From: an uncultured Akkermansia sp.
GTDB lineage: Bacteria; Verrucomicrobiota; Kiritimatiellia; RFP12; UBA1067
Direction of reading: 5' to 3'
Length of the DNA: 42,771 nucleotides
Assembly: GCA_964459675.1 (NCBI GenBank)
Contig: CAYWNP010000003.1
Span: forward strand, 1 to 42,771
Shown: positions 8,811 to 18,348 of the stretch, piece by piece
Layout of the letters: each line of letters starts with the position of its first letter
Numbering within the stretch: position 1 is the stretch's first letter
Position numbers and translations under genes: made by a program
The notes under the pieces: generated by a model
What the model was told of the DNA's origin: nothing
Seen by the model: only the letters and a program-made list of their open reading frames with translations
The model's database searches: none

Positions 8811-10130
8811 ATGCAAGCAAAGTTAATGATTCTTGTGGTGTTCGGAGTTTTTGGTTTGGGCTGTGGGCTTGTTATTGCTCAAGACGCGGTCCCTGGACGT
8901 GTAGTGCCAAACCGCTACATCGTCGTCCTCAAGGACGGGGTGTCTCCTTTGAGAGTTGCCAGTCGTCACAGGGTGTCTGCGCGCCACCAATACACTCACA
9001 TTGCAAATGGTTTTGCGGCGGACCTGTCAGACAAAGCTTTGAATAAAATTCTTCAGGACAGCGATATTGAGATGGTCATCGAGGATCGCGAGGTAGCCGC
9101 CATTGGGAAGCCGCCGGCGGGCGGCGGAACAGTCACCACGACGCAAGTCGTTCCCGCCGGTGTCCAGCGTATCGGGGCCGTGGGCTTGACATATACGGGT
9201 TCGGGTGTGGGGGTGGCGGTTGTGGATACGGGAATTGATCTTGCGAATAAGGATTTGCGGGTGGGGTTAAAATCCTATTCCGCCATCAGCTTGTCTGCGA
9301 AAGATGACAACGGGCATGGAACGCATGTCGCGGGCATCATCGGCGCATTGAACAACACCATTGCGGTTGTCGGTGTCGCCCCTCAAGCAACGGTCTATAG
9401 CGTCAAGGTGCTGGATCGTTCGGGAAGCGGAACGGATTCCTCCATTCTCGCAGGTCTCGACTGGGTCGCAAAGAACGCAGCCGCAGTAGTTCCAGCGATT
9501 AAGGTTGTGAACATGAGCCTTGGCCGTCCTGGCACACTGGGGGATAATCCGGTGCTCAGACAGGCAGTCCAGCGGCTCGTCCAGCAGGGCATCACAGTCG
9601 TTGTGGCTGCAGGCAACGATAGCAACACAGAGGTGTCGCAGCAGGTCCCTGCCACCTATCCCGAAGTGATTGCTGTTGCGAGCACCACTGCAAAAATAGG
9701 ACTCAGTCAGTATCCGGGGTTTGCAGGGATAGCCGCTGACACCGCCTCCTTTTTCACGACAGACGGCGCGCTTGTGCTGGCTTCGGACTTTTCCGGGTAT
9801 ATCGGCGTGACGATCTCCGCGCCCGGCGAGGACGAGGAGGATGTGAGTAGCACGGGCGGCATAACGTCCGTGGGCATCCTGTCGCTGAAGGTCGGCGGCG
9901 GTACAGTTCGGATGTCGGGCACGAGCATGGCCGCGCCACACGTCGCGGGCATGGCAGCGGTTTTGCAGCAGCAGTTCGGAAATGCGCTCACCTCTGAAGA
10001 TGTCCGCAGGAAAATTGCGAATGGCGCGGCGAACCTCTCGGCTCCGTATGCTAGCCCCACACCAGGGTATACCTTTGACGGCGATCTGGAAGGCATCCTC
10101 AATGCCCCCGGCGCACTTGCAGCTCCCTGA
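8811..10130 (+). CDS. Secreted subtilisin-like S8 serine peptidase with I9-type prodomain
   Basis: Signal peptide; prodomain YIVVLK; catalytic triad motifs VAVVDTG, HGTHVAG and GTSMAAPHVAG; oxyanion AAGN; AAGGAG RBS. Confidence 0.95.
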   Translation: MQAKLMILVVFGVFGLGCGLVIAQDAVPGRVVPNRYIVVLKDGVSPLRVASRHRVSARHQYTHIANGFAADLSDKALNKILQDSDIEMVIEDREVAAIGKPPAGGGTVTTTQVVPAGVQRIGAVGLTYTGSGVGVAVVDTGIDLANKDLRVGLKSYSAISLSAKDDNGHGTHVAGIIGALNNTIAVVGVAPQATVYSVKVLDRSGSGTDSSILAGLDWVAKNAAAVVPAIKVVNMSLGRPGTLGDNPVLRQAVQRLVQQGITVVVAAGNDSNTEVSQQVPATYPEVIAVASTTAKIGLSQYPGFAGIAADTASFFTTDGALVLASDFSGYIGVTISAPGEDEEDVSSTGGITSVGILSLKVGGGTVRMSGTSMAAPHVAGMAAVLQQQFGNALTSEDVRRKIANGAANLSAPYASPTPGYTFDGDLEGILNAPGALAAP

Positions 10131-10237
10131 TCCTCGTATTCTGTCAATAGCGAAGGAGACCGAAAACAGGATGAATGACAGACTGCGTATTTCTGGTTGA
10201 ACAACAACGGTGGGTTTGATATTCTAAAAAAAGTAAT

Positions 10238-13200
10238 ATGTTTCATATCATGCGATTAATAAAACGCGGATTGCCGGGGCGATTAACCCGGTTTATTGTC
10301 TGGAGTGTGTTGCCGATCGGATTGATGGTAACACTTGCGGTGACGGTATATATCAAGGCGAGCGCAGACCGGCTTGCGGAGCGGGATTTCGTTGCCGGGT
10401 GTAGCGAGCTTCAACGGATACTGGCGAACCGACTTGATGACCATGCGCGCATCTTGCTGAGCGGAGCAGCGCTATTCAATGCCTCTGAAACAGTCACGCG
10501 CAAGGAGTGGCGCCTCTTCGCCCAAAGTCTGAAGGTTGAAAAACAACTTCCGGGGGTCCAGGGATTCGGGTATTCGCTCGTGGTCCCTCGCTCTGAACTT
10601 TCTCAACATATTCAGAACCTTCGCAGCGAAGGTTTTCCCGAGTATCAGGTGCGGCCAGAGGGGGAACGGGAGGTTTACTCCTCAATCATCTATCTGGAGC
10701 CCTTTTCGGGCCGCAACTTGCGCGCCTTCGGTTACGACATGTTTTCTGAACCCGTGCGCCGGGCTGCCATGGAGCGGGCTCGGGATACGGATGCTGCGGC
10801 GCTCTCTGGCAAAGTGATTCTGGTCCAAGAAACAGACCAGGAGGTTCAAGCCGGCACATTAATGTACGTGCCGGTCTACCGCAAAGGGCTGCCCACTGCG
10901 ACCGTGGAACAACGCCGCGCCGCCATCAGTGGCTGGGTCTACAGTCCGTACCGGATGAAGGACCTGCTTCAGGGAATACTCGGCGAGAACGCGCTGAAGA
11001 CAACACCGCAACGTTTTCTAGCGATCTTTGACGGCGCGAGCCCTTCCCCTCAAAGCCTGCTTTTTGGTCATAGCCCTGCCGAGCATGACGTCCGTTTCAA
11101 ACGTCAGACTCCCATTATGTTCAACGGCCACAGCTGGACACTGTGCTTTGCGCAAACAGGTGGTGGCTTTTTTACAGCAAGCTATCTGGGGGTTTGGATC
11201 ATTTTCATCGGCGGAATGCTCAGTACAGTGCTGCTGTTCGGTCTCTTCAGTGTCTTACTGAATACCCAATCCGAGGCAATACGGTTGGCGAAAGCGATGA
11301 CCGCCGACCTGCAGAAAAGCGAGGAGCAGGTGAGCCTTCTGCTCAACTCGACCGCTGAGGCGATTTACGGCGTCGACCTGCAAGGTAATTGCACCTTTGC
11401 AAACCCCGCCTGCATCAAAATGCTGGGCTATTCAGGTATGGAACAGTTGCTAGGCAAGAACATGCATGATCTGATCCATCATTCTTATCCAGATGGACGC
11501 CAGATGCCAGTCGATGTCTGTAAAATTTATCAGGCGTTCCGCGAGGGCAAGGACGTGCATGTCGATGACGAGGTCCTATGGAAAGCTGACGGCACGAGTT
11601 TTTCTGTCGAGTACTGGTCTTATCCCATCAGCGTGAGGGGGTCGATAACAGGCTCGGTGGTTACGTTTATTGACATCACCAAACGACTGCAGTCGGAGGA
11701 GGCACTGCGGGAGAGTGAAGCCAACTTCCGCACCTTCTTTGAGACCATGACCGACATGATCATGGTGGGCACACCCGAGGGTCGCATTCTGTTCACGAAC
11801 AGTGCGGTCACGCGAACGTTGGGCTATACGCCAGATGAACTCAAGGAGATGCATCTGCTGGATCTGCACCCCGCGAATAAGCGGCAGGAGGCCGAGTCTA
11901 TTTTCGTCGCCATGTTTAGGAGCGAGCGGGAGAGTTGCCCCCTTCCATTGCAGAACAAGAACGGCGCGCCAGTGCCGGTCGAGACACGGGTCTGGTTTGG
12001 TAAGTGGAACGGGGAACATTGTCTCTTCGGTATCTGTAAAAACTTGAGCGCGGAGCAGGAAGCGCAGCAGCGTTTCGAACGGCTGTTCCGTAATAACCCC
12101 AGCCTCATCGCGCTTTCCACGTTGCCAGACCGACGTTTCATGGATGTCAACGATGCCTTTCTGATGACGCTCGGTTATTCCCGCGAGGATATTATCGGTC
12201 ACACCTCCGCCGAGTGTGGCTTGTTCATATTCCCAGACCAGCATGCCAGAATTACTGAGCTGCTTCTGTCGAACACGCACCTAGCTGGCGTTGAACTGCA
12301 GGTTCGTTGCAAAGATGGGACACTCCTTGATGGACTTTTCTCCGGCGAAGTGATTAGCAGCCAAGGGCAGCAATACTTTCTGTCGGTGATGACCGATATA
12401 ACGGCGCGCAAACGCGCCGAAAAGGAGTTGGCGAGGCTTTCGCTCATTCAACGCGATCTCATGCGTTTAGCAACGGAGTTTGTCAATGTGCCGCTGGATC
12501 GTCAGGATGCCGCGATTGACCAGTCGCTGGCGACCATGGGTCAACTCATCCATGCAGACCGCGCCTACCTCTTTACTTATGACTTCAACGCAGGGGTCAT
12601 GTCGAATACCCACGAATGGTGTGGCGTAGGGATTACCCCCGAAATCGGCAACTTGCAGGCGGTGCCAAACGCTAATTTTCCTGACTGGGTCGCGGCACAT
12701 CGCCGTGGCGAATGTGTCCACATCCCTAGCGTGGCGGGACTGCCGACCGACAGTTATTTGTGGCAGGTGCTCGCGACTCAAGGTATCCGTTCGCTCATCA
12801 CCCTGCCGCTGATGCAGGGGACGGACTGCCTGGGGTTCGTGGGTTTTGATGCTGTCGCGGAAGAGCGGAACTGGCAAGAAGAAGAGGTGGCTCTCTTGCG
12901 CGTGCTCGCGGAACTCTATGCTCATTTTGAAGCGCGTCGCGCTGCGGAGCGTGAAACACAGGCGCTACAGCAACGGCTGACCCTAGCACGTGATGCGGCA
13001 CAAGCAGCAGCCCTGGCTAAAAGTCTCTTCCTCGCGAATATGTCGCACGAGATACGAACCCCTCTCAATGCCATCCTCGGGTACGCCCAGATCATGGAAC
13101 GCGAGTGTGAGGCCTGCCGAGTCAAGCCGAGGCTGAAGGCAATCACCCGCAGTGGTGAACATCTGCTGGAACTGCTCACCGATCTGCTCGAACTGGTGCG

Positions 13201-14407
13201 GTGCGATGCTCACACGATCACGCTCGCACCCAAGAACTTTGATTTTTATCAAGCCTTGGAGGATGTGCGACTGATGTTTGTCCGGCATCCCGTGGCGCAG
13301 ATATTAACGCTGGAGTTTACATATTCGCCCGACGTGCCGCGTTTTATCTTCGCGGACTCTGGAAAAATCCGACAGATCCTCGTGAATCTCGTGGGTAACG
13401 CGGTCAAGTTTACCGAAAAAGGCAGCGTACGTTTATCGGCTTCTGTGGCGGAGGCAGAGACGCCAGACGGGGATTGCGTGATCGCCGTAGATGTGGACGA
13501 TACGGGATACGGTATCGGGCCAGACGACTTGAACCGCATCTTTGAGATTTTTGAACAGACGGAGAGCGGGTGGAGGGGCGGCAAAGGTACGGGACTGGGG
13601 CTCTACTTGAGCCGGCGCTATGCACACGCACTGGACGGTGACATTACCGTGACGAGTCAGCTCGGTGTGGGAAGCCGTTTCCGGTTCACCTTCCGCGCCC
13701 GGGGCGTAAAAGACAATGTCCTTGGGCAGTCCAACAGAAACGTGTTACGGCTGTCCAGAGACCAGCGCGCGCTTCATCTGTTGGTGGTGGATGACGATGC
13801 CACCAGCCGTGAAATGCTGGCGTCTATGTTGGAGCCGATCGGTTTTGCCGTTGAAACCGCGGCCAGTGCCGCGCAGGCCTTGAGTCGGATGCGTCAACCA
13901 GAACCCGTTGACCTGATTTTGATGGACAAGCGCATGCCGGAAATGAATGGGTATGAAGCCATCGCGCAAATCCGCAAACTCCCAGGCGGGAAAACAGTCC
14001 CTGTGGTGGTAGTCACGGCTTCTGGCTTCGCCGATGAAGGCGTCCCCGCGCTTGCCGCAGGTGCGAATGGATATGTCTCCAAGCCGGTACAGCGGGAGCA
14101 ACTCCTGTCGGAGATTGGCAAAATTTGCGGTGTTCAGTATGACTATGAGGAGAACCAACCTATCGGCTCGCAACTGACGATCCTTGCAGGGGTCGATGTG
14201 CAAGCAATCGCCTGCTTACCCGAGGAACAACGCAACCTGCTTAAACAGGCGTTGCGTCGAGGCGACATCCTGTTATTGCGTAAAATAGTCGAAACACTCG
14301 CACATGATCATGCTGATCTCGCCGCAAGCATCTTCGCACTCATCGACTCCTATGATTATGATCGCCTACGCGACCTCCTTGATCCTGTGAAAGGGACTAA
14401 TGTATGA
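10238..14407 (+). CDS. Hybrid sensor histidine kinase (TM-CHASE-TM-PASx3-GAF-HisKA-HATPase-REC)
   Basis: CHASE motif IIYLEPFSGRNLRAFGYDM; three PAS/PAC segments; GAF; SHEIRTPL, NAVKFT, DTGYG, GTGLG; REC LMDKRMP. Confidence 0.93.
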   Translation: MFHIMRLIKRGLPGRLTRFIVWSVLPIGLMVTLAVTVYIKASADRLAERDFVAGCSELQRILANRLDDHARILLSGAALFNASETVTRKEWRLFAQSLKVEKQLPGVQGFGYSLVVPRSELSQHIQNLRSEGFPEYQVRPEGEREVYSSIIYLEPFSGRNLRAFGYDMFSEPVRRAAMERARDTDAAALSGKVILVQETDQEVQAGTLMYVPVYRKGLPTATVEQRRAAISGWVYSPYRMKDLLQGILGENALKTTPQRFLAIFDGASPSPQSLLFGHSPAEHDVRFKRQTPIMFNGHSWTLCFAQTGGGFFTASYLGVWIIFIGGMLSTVLLFGLFSVLLNTQSEAIRLAKAMTADLQKSEEQVSLLLNSTAEAIYGVDLQGNCTFANPACIKMLGYSGMEQLLGKNMHDLIHHSYPDGRQMPVDVCKIYQAFREGKDVHVDDEVLWKADGTSFSVEYWSYPISVRGSITGSVVTFIDITKRLQSEEALRESEANFRTFFETMTDMIMVGTPEGRILFTNSAVTRTLGYTPDELKEMHLLDLHPANKRQEAESIFVAMFRSERESCPLPLQNKNGAPVPVETRVWFGKWNGEHCLFGICKNLSAEQEAQQRFERLFRNNPSLIALSTLPDRRFMDVNDAFLMTLGYSREDIIGHTSAECGLFIFPDQHARITELLLSNTHLAGVELQVRCKDGTLLDGLFSGEVISSQGQQYFLSVMTDITARKRAEKELARLSLIQRDLMRLATEFVNVPLDRQDAAIDQSLATMGQLIHADRAYLFTYDFNAGVMSNTHEWCGVGITPEIGNLQAVPNANFPDWVAAHRRGECVHIPSVAGLPTDSYLWQVLATQGIRSLITLPLMQGTDCLGFVGFDAVAEERNWQEEEVALLRVLAELYAHFEARRAAERETQALQQRLTLARDAAQAAALAKSLFLANMSHEIRTPLNAILGYAQIMERECEACRVKPRLKAITRSGEHLLELLTDLLELVRCDAHTITLAPKNFDFYQALEDVRLMFVRHPVAQILTLEFTYSPDVPRFIFADSGKIRQILVNLVGNAVKFTEKGSVRLSASVAEAETPDGDCVIAVDVDDTGYGIGPDDLNRIFEIFEQTESGWRGGKGTGLGLYLSRRYAHALDGDITVTSQLGVGSRFRFTFRARGVKDNVLGQSNRNVLRLSRDQRALHLLVVDDDATSREMLASMLEPIGFAVETAASAAQALSRMRQPEPVDLILMDKRMPEMNGYEAIAQIRKLPGGKTVPVVVVTASGFADEGVPALAAGANGYVSKPVQREQLLSEIGKICGVQYDYEENQPIGSQLTILAGVDVQAIACLPEEQRNLLKQALRRGDILLLRKIVETLAHDHADLAASIFALIDSYDYDRLRDLLDPVKGTNV

Positions 14408-15558
14408 TGATGATTCCCGACACCGTAACCATCATGATTATCGATGATGAACCAGATAATCTGAATGTGCTAGGAGGGGTGCTCCGTCAAGAAGGCTGGA
14501 GTGTCCGGGCTTTTCCACGGGGTGATCTGGCCCTCGTCGCTGCAGACGATGAAATACCCGACCTCATTCTGCTCGATATCCGGATGCCCGGCATGGATGG
14601 ATATGAAATCTGCCGCCGTTTTAAGGCGGATGATCGTCTTCGGGCAATCCCCATCATATTCTTGAGCGCCTTCACGGAACCCACTGACAAGGTGCGCGCA
14701 TTTGAGGCGGGTGGCGTTGATTACATAACTAAACCGTTTTCCGAAAGAGAGGTCTTAGCACGGACACATACCCACCTCAGGCTACGCCGATACCAGATCC
14801 ATCTGGAAGAGCTCGTCCAACAGCGAGTCCAAGAACTTGCCGAGGCGAATCGGCGCCTGTGCATCTGGGATAATGCCAAAAACCAGTGGCTGAATATCCT
14901 TGCCCACGAGATGCGAACCCCCCTTGGTGGCATTTTAAGCATCACGGAGCTCTTGTTTATGGACTTGCCTCATACCTCCAATATCAACAAGTTCCGCGAC
15001 TCTTTTGACTTTTCGTATCGCCGCATCACCAAGCTGATAAATGATGCCGAAACCATTGCACATATTAATGTCGCTTCATCTCAGGAGGTCGCTTTAGAAT
15101 ACTTTGGGAGAAGTCCCTTGTTTCTGGCAGAGGTTCTCAGAAATGCACTTTTGTTGTTCGCAGAACAAAAGACGGGGGGGGAGGTGCAGGCCTCGCTTGA
15201 AGCGGCCGAGCCGCTCAAAGTCCGAGGAGACGAGACACTACTCACGCGGGCCTTTGTGGACTTACTACTGACGGCCGCATGTTGCGTTTGCGAAGGTGAA
15301 CCCTTTGTCCTCGAGACTAGTGTCTCTGAAGGACAGGCAAACGTGGTCATATCCTTTGGGACCAAAACGCTTACCCCGGATGCTCTCGCAACTTTTTTTG
15401 ATGTGGGCGGTCAGCGGACATTGATCAAGGGTGGTGGCGATTTCGGTTTAGGTGCTGCTTTAGCCAGCCGCATCCTGCGACTATTCAACGGACAGGTATC
15501 GATACGTAATAGCGAGGATAAAGGACTTATTATGGAAAGCTATCTTCCTCTGACTTGA
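14404..15558 (+). CDS. Response regulator fused to HisKA and a degenerate HATPase
   Basis: Intact REC and AHEMRTPL. The ATPase region lacks the N-box Asn (RAFVDLL) and the DxG G1 box. Overlaps the upstream stop (ATGA). Confidence 0.85.
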   Translation: MMMIPDTVTIMIIDDEPDNLNVLGGVLRQEGWSVRAFPRGDLALVAADDEIPDLILLDIRMPGMDGYEICRRFKADDRLRAIPIIFLSAFTEPTDKVRAFEAGGVDYITKPFSEREVLARTHTHLRLRRYQIHLEELVQQRVQELAEANRRLCIWDNAKNQWLNILAHEMRTPLGGILSITELLFMDLPHTSNINKFRDSFDFSYRRITKLINDAETIAHINVASSQEVALEYFGRSPLFLAEVLRNALLLFAEQKTGGEVQASLEAAEPLKVRGDETLLTRAFVDLLLTAACCVCEGEPFVLETSVSEGQANVVISFGTKTLTPDALATFFDVGGQRTLIKGGGDFGLGAALASRILRLFNGQVSIRNSEDKGLIMESYLPLT

Positions 15559-15701
15559 TGTTTCCATCTTGTGTTACGAAGTATAACCGTACCGTAAGTG
15601 CTTAGACTATTCCAAAACGTATACCAGGGCTGTTCGTGATTTGGAAGCTTTGGCTTGAATGCCGTAATCTTAAACGAACAATAGTTTAATTCTTCGACCT
15701 T

Positions 15702-16052
15702 CTATTTTTCAAAGCGGATTCCGATTCCTTCGACATATGTCACATCACGACTGAAGAGAATCCAGTACTGGTTAAATCCTTCGACTGTAACATCGATCAA
15801 GGCATCGCCGCCAACATAACGCGCGGCTTTATCAACGGCGCTACGCGTATTGTTTGATCCGCTAATCGGGATTATTCCAAACAGACGAATACAATTTGAA
15901 GTGGCGGTGGTCCGCTCAAGAACTGTGTATTTTCGCCCTTCAAGAGGCGTTGAAGATGCCGCAATGCCCCCTGGCATTGTTGAGCACCCGGTAAAAAGAA
16001 AAAGTCCCATTCCGACAAGACCACATATCACTGCATTTGCTTGACGTTTCAT
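15702..16052 (-). CDS. Small lipoprotein (TRL-like)
   Basis: Basic N-terminus, hydrophobic stretch and lipobox FTGC; the pattern LFGIIP...A...GGDALIDV.V...V.G.GI is typical of TRL-like lipoproteins. Confidence 0.75.
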   Translation of the reverse strand: MKRQANAVICGLVGMGLFLFTGCSTMPGGIAASSTPLEGRKYTVLERTTATSNCIRLFGIIPISGSNNTRSAVDKAARYVGGDALIDVTVEGFNQYWILFSRDVTYVEGIGIRFEK

Positions 16053-16129
16053 TGTATATCCCCTATCCCTGTTTAACCGATAACGAATTCTTCACTATGT
16101 TAATGATGCGCCAGTCCCTTTGCAAGCCT

Positions 16130-17389
16130 TTACTGGCGGTCGACGAAGACCTTTTTTGCCGCCTCAAGATAGCCGTATCCGTAGAGGTCGTCGGGCTGCA
16201 GGTAACTGGTCTCGGTCCACTCGTTCCAGCTGTTGATAGTGACAAGGCGTGGTTGCTTCGGATGGGCATCTGCATAATCGCGCGCCATGCGGAAGGCTTT
16301 CTCGATCGCTGCTGGGGTATTATTCTTCATGACCCCTGGACGGAACGTCTGGAAACGCGGATTGTTGTCCCACCCCACGGAGACGTGAGGGAAGTACGGC
16401 ACTGAGAAGTCTTTGTCCATACGAGCCCACTCCTTTTGCACATCTTTCATGATCTCACCATAGTCACGATCAATATTGGTGAAGTGGCAATACTGGTAGT
16501 TTGTCAAGCTGTCGAAGCCAAGCCTCTTCACCTCTTCGGTCAAGGTCGTCGCCGCTCCGCCGTCCACCCCGCTCATATTGCGGAGGTTTGCGCCCCATGA
16601 AGTGAGTTGAAGATGAAGCCCCGGAAGACCTGCGGCCGTCACTTGCGCACGAAACCATTTTAAGGCATCGGCTGTCTTTTCAACGCCACCCAGACCAGTA
16701 ACCAGACTCTTTAAATCATAAATTTGGAAGACCGGGCAACCATCAATTGTATAGTAAGACGGATGCTTAAAGTAATTAGTGATCAGCCGATGTGCAATCA
16801 CCTCAAACTGGGTTCTGTCGACGGAACCCTTCCAAACAAAGGTTCTGGAGTCCTGATGCGCGAGGCGCTTGTCCCAAGCATACCCCGCATCATGATTGGC
16901 CCACATGAGGTAGAACTTGACCCTGTTGTTATTACGAGCTTTCAAATATCCGTTATTGAGACACCGTTCAAGAAAAGGGCGGTCATCATACCAGTACCAG
17001 TCGTAGATAAAGACATTCACGCCATGATCCGCGGCGGCATTGATCTGCTTCTCCATGACTAATGGATCAGCTTCGTTGACGCAGCCCCACAGTGGCTTGC
17101 GTGGCCAGTTGTGTCCCTTAAACTTGGTAGTGGCTGTCTTGACGGTCTGCCACTCACCCTCGCCATCCGGCCAGAAGATACGGCTACGAGGCTCATCACC
17201 GGTATAGGCCGGCCAGACATAGGCCGCCACATCGTAGGCTTGCTGAACCTTCACGACTTTTTCATCTTTAGCTTCCGCTTGAAGTAGGACGGGGGTCACT
17301 GCATCCAAACGATTAACAAAAAGACACCCAAGGAGTGTTAATGCAAAGAGATTCATTAACTTATGTTTCCGAAGCGTGATAATCAACAT
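16130..17389 (-). CDS. GH99-like / WbsX-family secreted glycoside hydrolase
   Basis: AAYVWP, GEGEW, FIYDWYWY, MWANH, VSVGWD and NSWNEWTE motifs; signal peptide; AAGGA RBS. Confidence 0.88.
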   Translation of the reverse strand: MLIITLRKHKLMNLFALTLLGCLFVNRLDAVTPVLLQAEAKDEKVVKVQQAYDVAAYVWPAYTGDEPRSRIFWPDGEGEWQTVKTATTKFKGHNWPRKPLWGCVNEADPLVMEKQINAAADHGVNVFIYDWYWYDDRPFLERCLNNGYLKARNNNRVKFYLMWANHDAGYAWDKRLAHQDSRTFVWKGSVDRTQFEVIAHRLITNYFKHPSYYTIDGCPVFQIYDLKSLVTGLGGVEKTADALKWFRAQVTAAGLPGLHLQLTSWGANLRNMSGVDGGAATTLTEEVKRLGFDSLTNYQYCHFTNIDRDYGEIMKDVQKEWARMDKDFSVPYFPHVSVGWDNNPRFQTFRPGVMKNNTPAAIEKAFRMARDYADAHPKQPRLVTINSWNEWTETSYLQPDDLYGYGYLEAAKKVFVDRQ

Positions 17390-17482
17390 GATCCGTCCTT
17401 TCAGAATGTATTACGCAAATAATTCATTATCTTCCTATAACCCCTACCCAAAGTCAACCCTCGACTGATCACTTTTACGTTT

Positions 17483-17514
17483 GCCATTTAAGCCATTTAA
17501 GCCATAAAATGCCA
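17483..17514 (+). repeat. 9-bp tandem repeat (GCCATTTAA)
   Basis: gccatttaa gccatttaa gccataaaa tgcca. Confidence 0.55.
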
Positions 17515-17526
17515 AACTAAAAAAAG

Positions 17527-17939
17527 TTGTTACTGTCCAAATGTTCGTGATGACAAGTTGTTTTGAAAAATCAGAAACTTGACTGGTATCGACTATTTTG
17601 AGAATGTTTTTCGCGAAGAGCGCTATTGGGGTGCTTGCACGGAAAGCCCCGCGAGTGGCGGGATACCGCCAGGGCTTATCTCGTGCAAGCACCTGCATGT
17701 CATTTTTTACACGATTCTGGGTGAAGGACGAGCTGTGCCCCCCGTGTATCCACGGGCTATCGAGGGACAACAAGTATGCGCAGAGCACAAGCGTATACGC
17801 GCAGTGCGAACGCTCACTTGAAGCCCGCCGTCAGGCGGGAGCGATGAGCGTTAGCGAAAGAGCGGCACTCCGTCCTTCATCCAACTAGCGATCTTAGCGA
17901 AAAAGTATTTCTCCGTCACAAACTTTTGGACATTATCAA
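17527..17939. other. Nested inverted-repeat, multi-hairpin non-coding element (MITE, ncRNA or invertible segment)
   Basis: Outer IR 17527-17552/17914-17939 (21 of 26 match); second IR 17600-17625/17886-17913; inner stems 17630-17641/17682-17693 and 17719-17730/17871-17882, with sub-hairpins. Confidence 0.6.
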
Positions 17940-17964
17940 AAAGTTTTGTAATGAAGGAGAATGC

Positions 17965-18327
17965 ATGAAGATTCTGACATTGATACAGATGTTCGGGATG
18001 AGTATAGGAATGCTTGTTCTCGGTTCAACACCTACACTTTCTGCGCAAGAACGCCTGCCGAATATCGTCTTTATTCTAGCGGACGACCTCGGTTACGGGG
18101 ACGTAGGCTGCTACAATTCTGAATCGAAGATCCCCACGCCGAATCTGGACAAACTCGCTGCGACTGGCATGCGCTTCACAGATGCCCCTGGACAGCTCTA
18201 CAATCTCGAAACCGATCCAGGCGAGACAACAAACCTGTACAGCAAGCATCCGGAAATGGTGAAGGCTTTAAAAGCGCAACTGGATGCCTTCAAAGCAAGC
18301 GGGCGGAGTGCTCCGCTGCGCGAATGA
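17965..18327 (+). pseudogene. Arylsulfatase with a large in-frame internal deletion
   Basis: Signal peptide, then the N-terminus [15 protein letters not shown]...TPNLD.LA..GMRFTDA joined directly to the C-terminus [17 protein letters not shown]. The catalytic C/SxPxR motif is absent. AAGGAG RBS before ATG 17965. Confidence 0.85.
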
Positions 18328-18348
18328 CCGTTTGGGCGGAATCACCCC

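Noticed and set aside
17444-17888. Short ORFs 17444-17788, 17579-17821 and 17598-17888
   Set aside because: Mutually overlapping, with no RBS or motifs; better explained as by-products of a GC-rich palindromic element.
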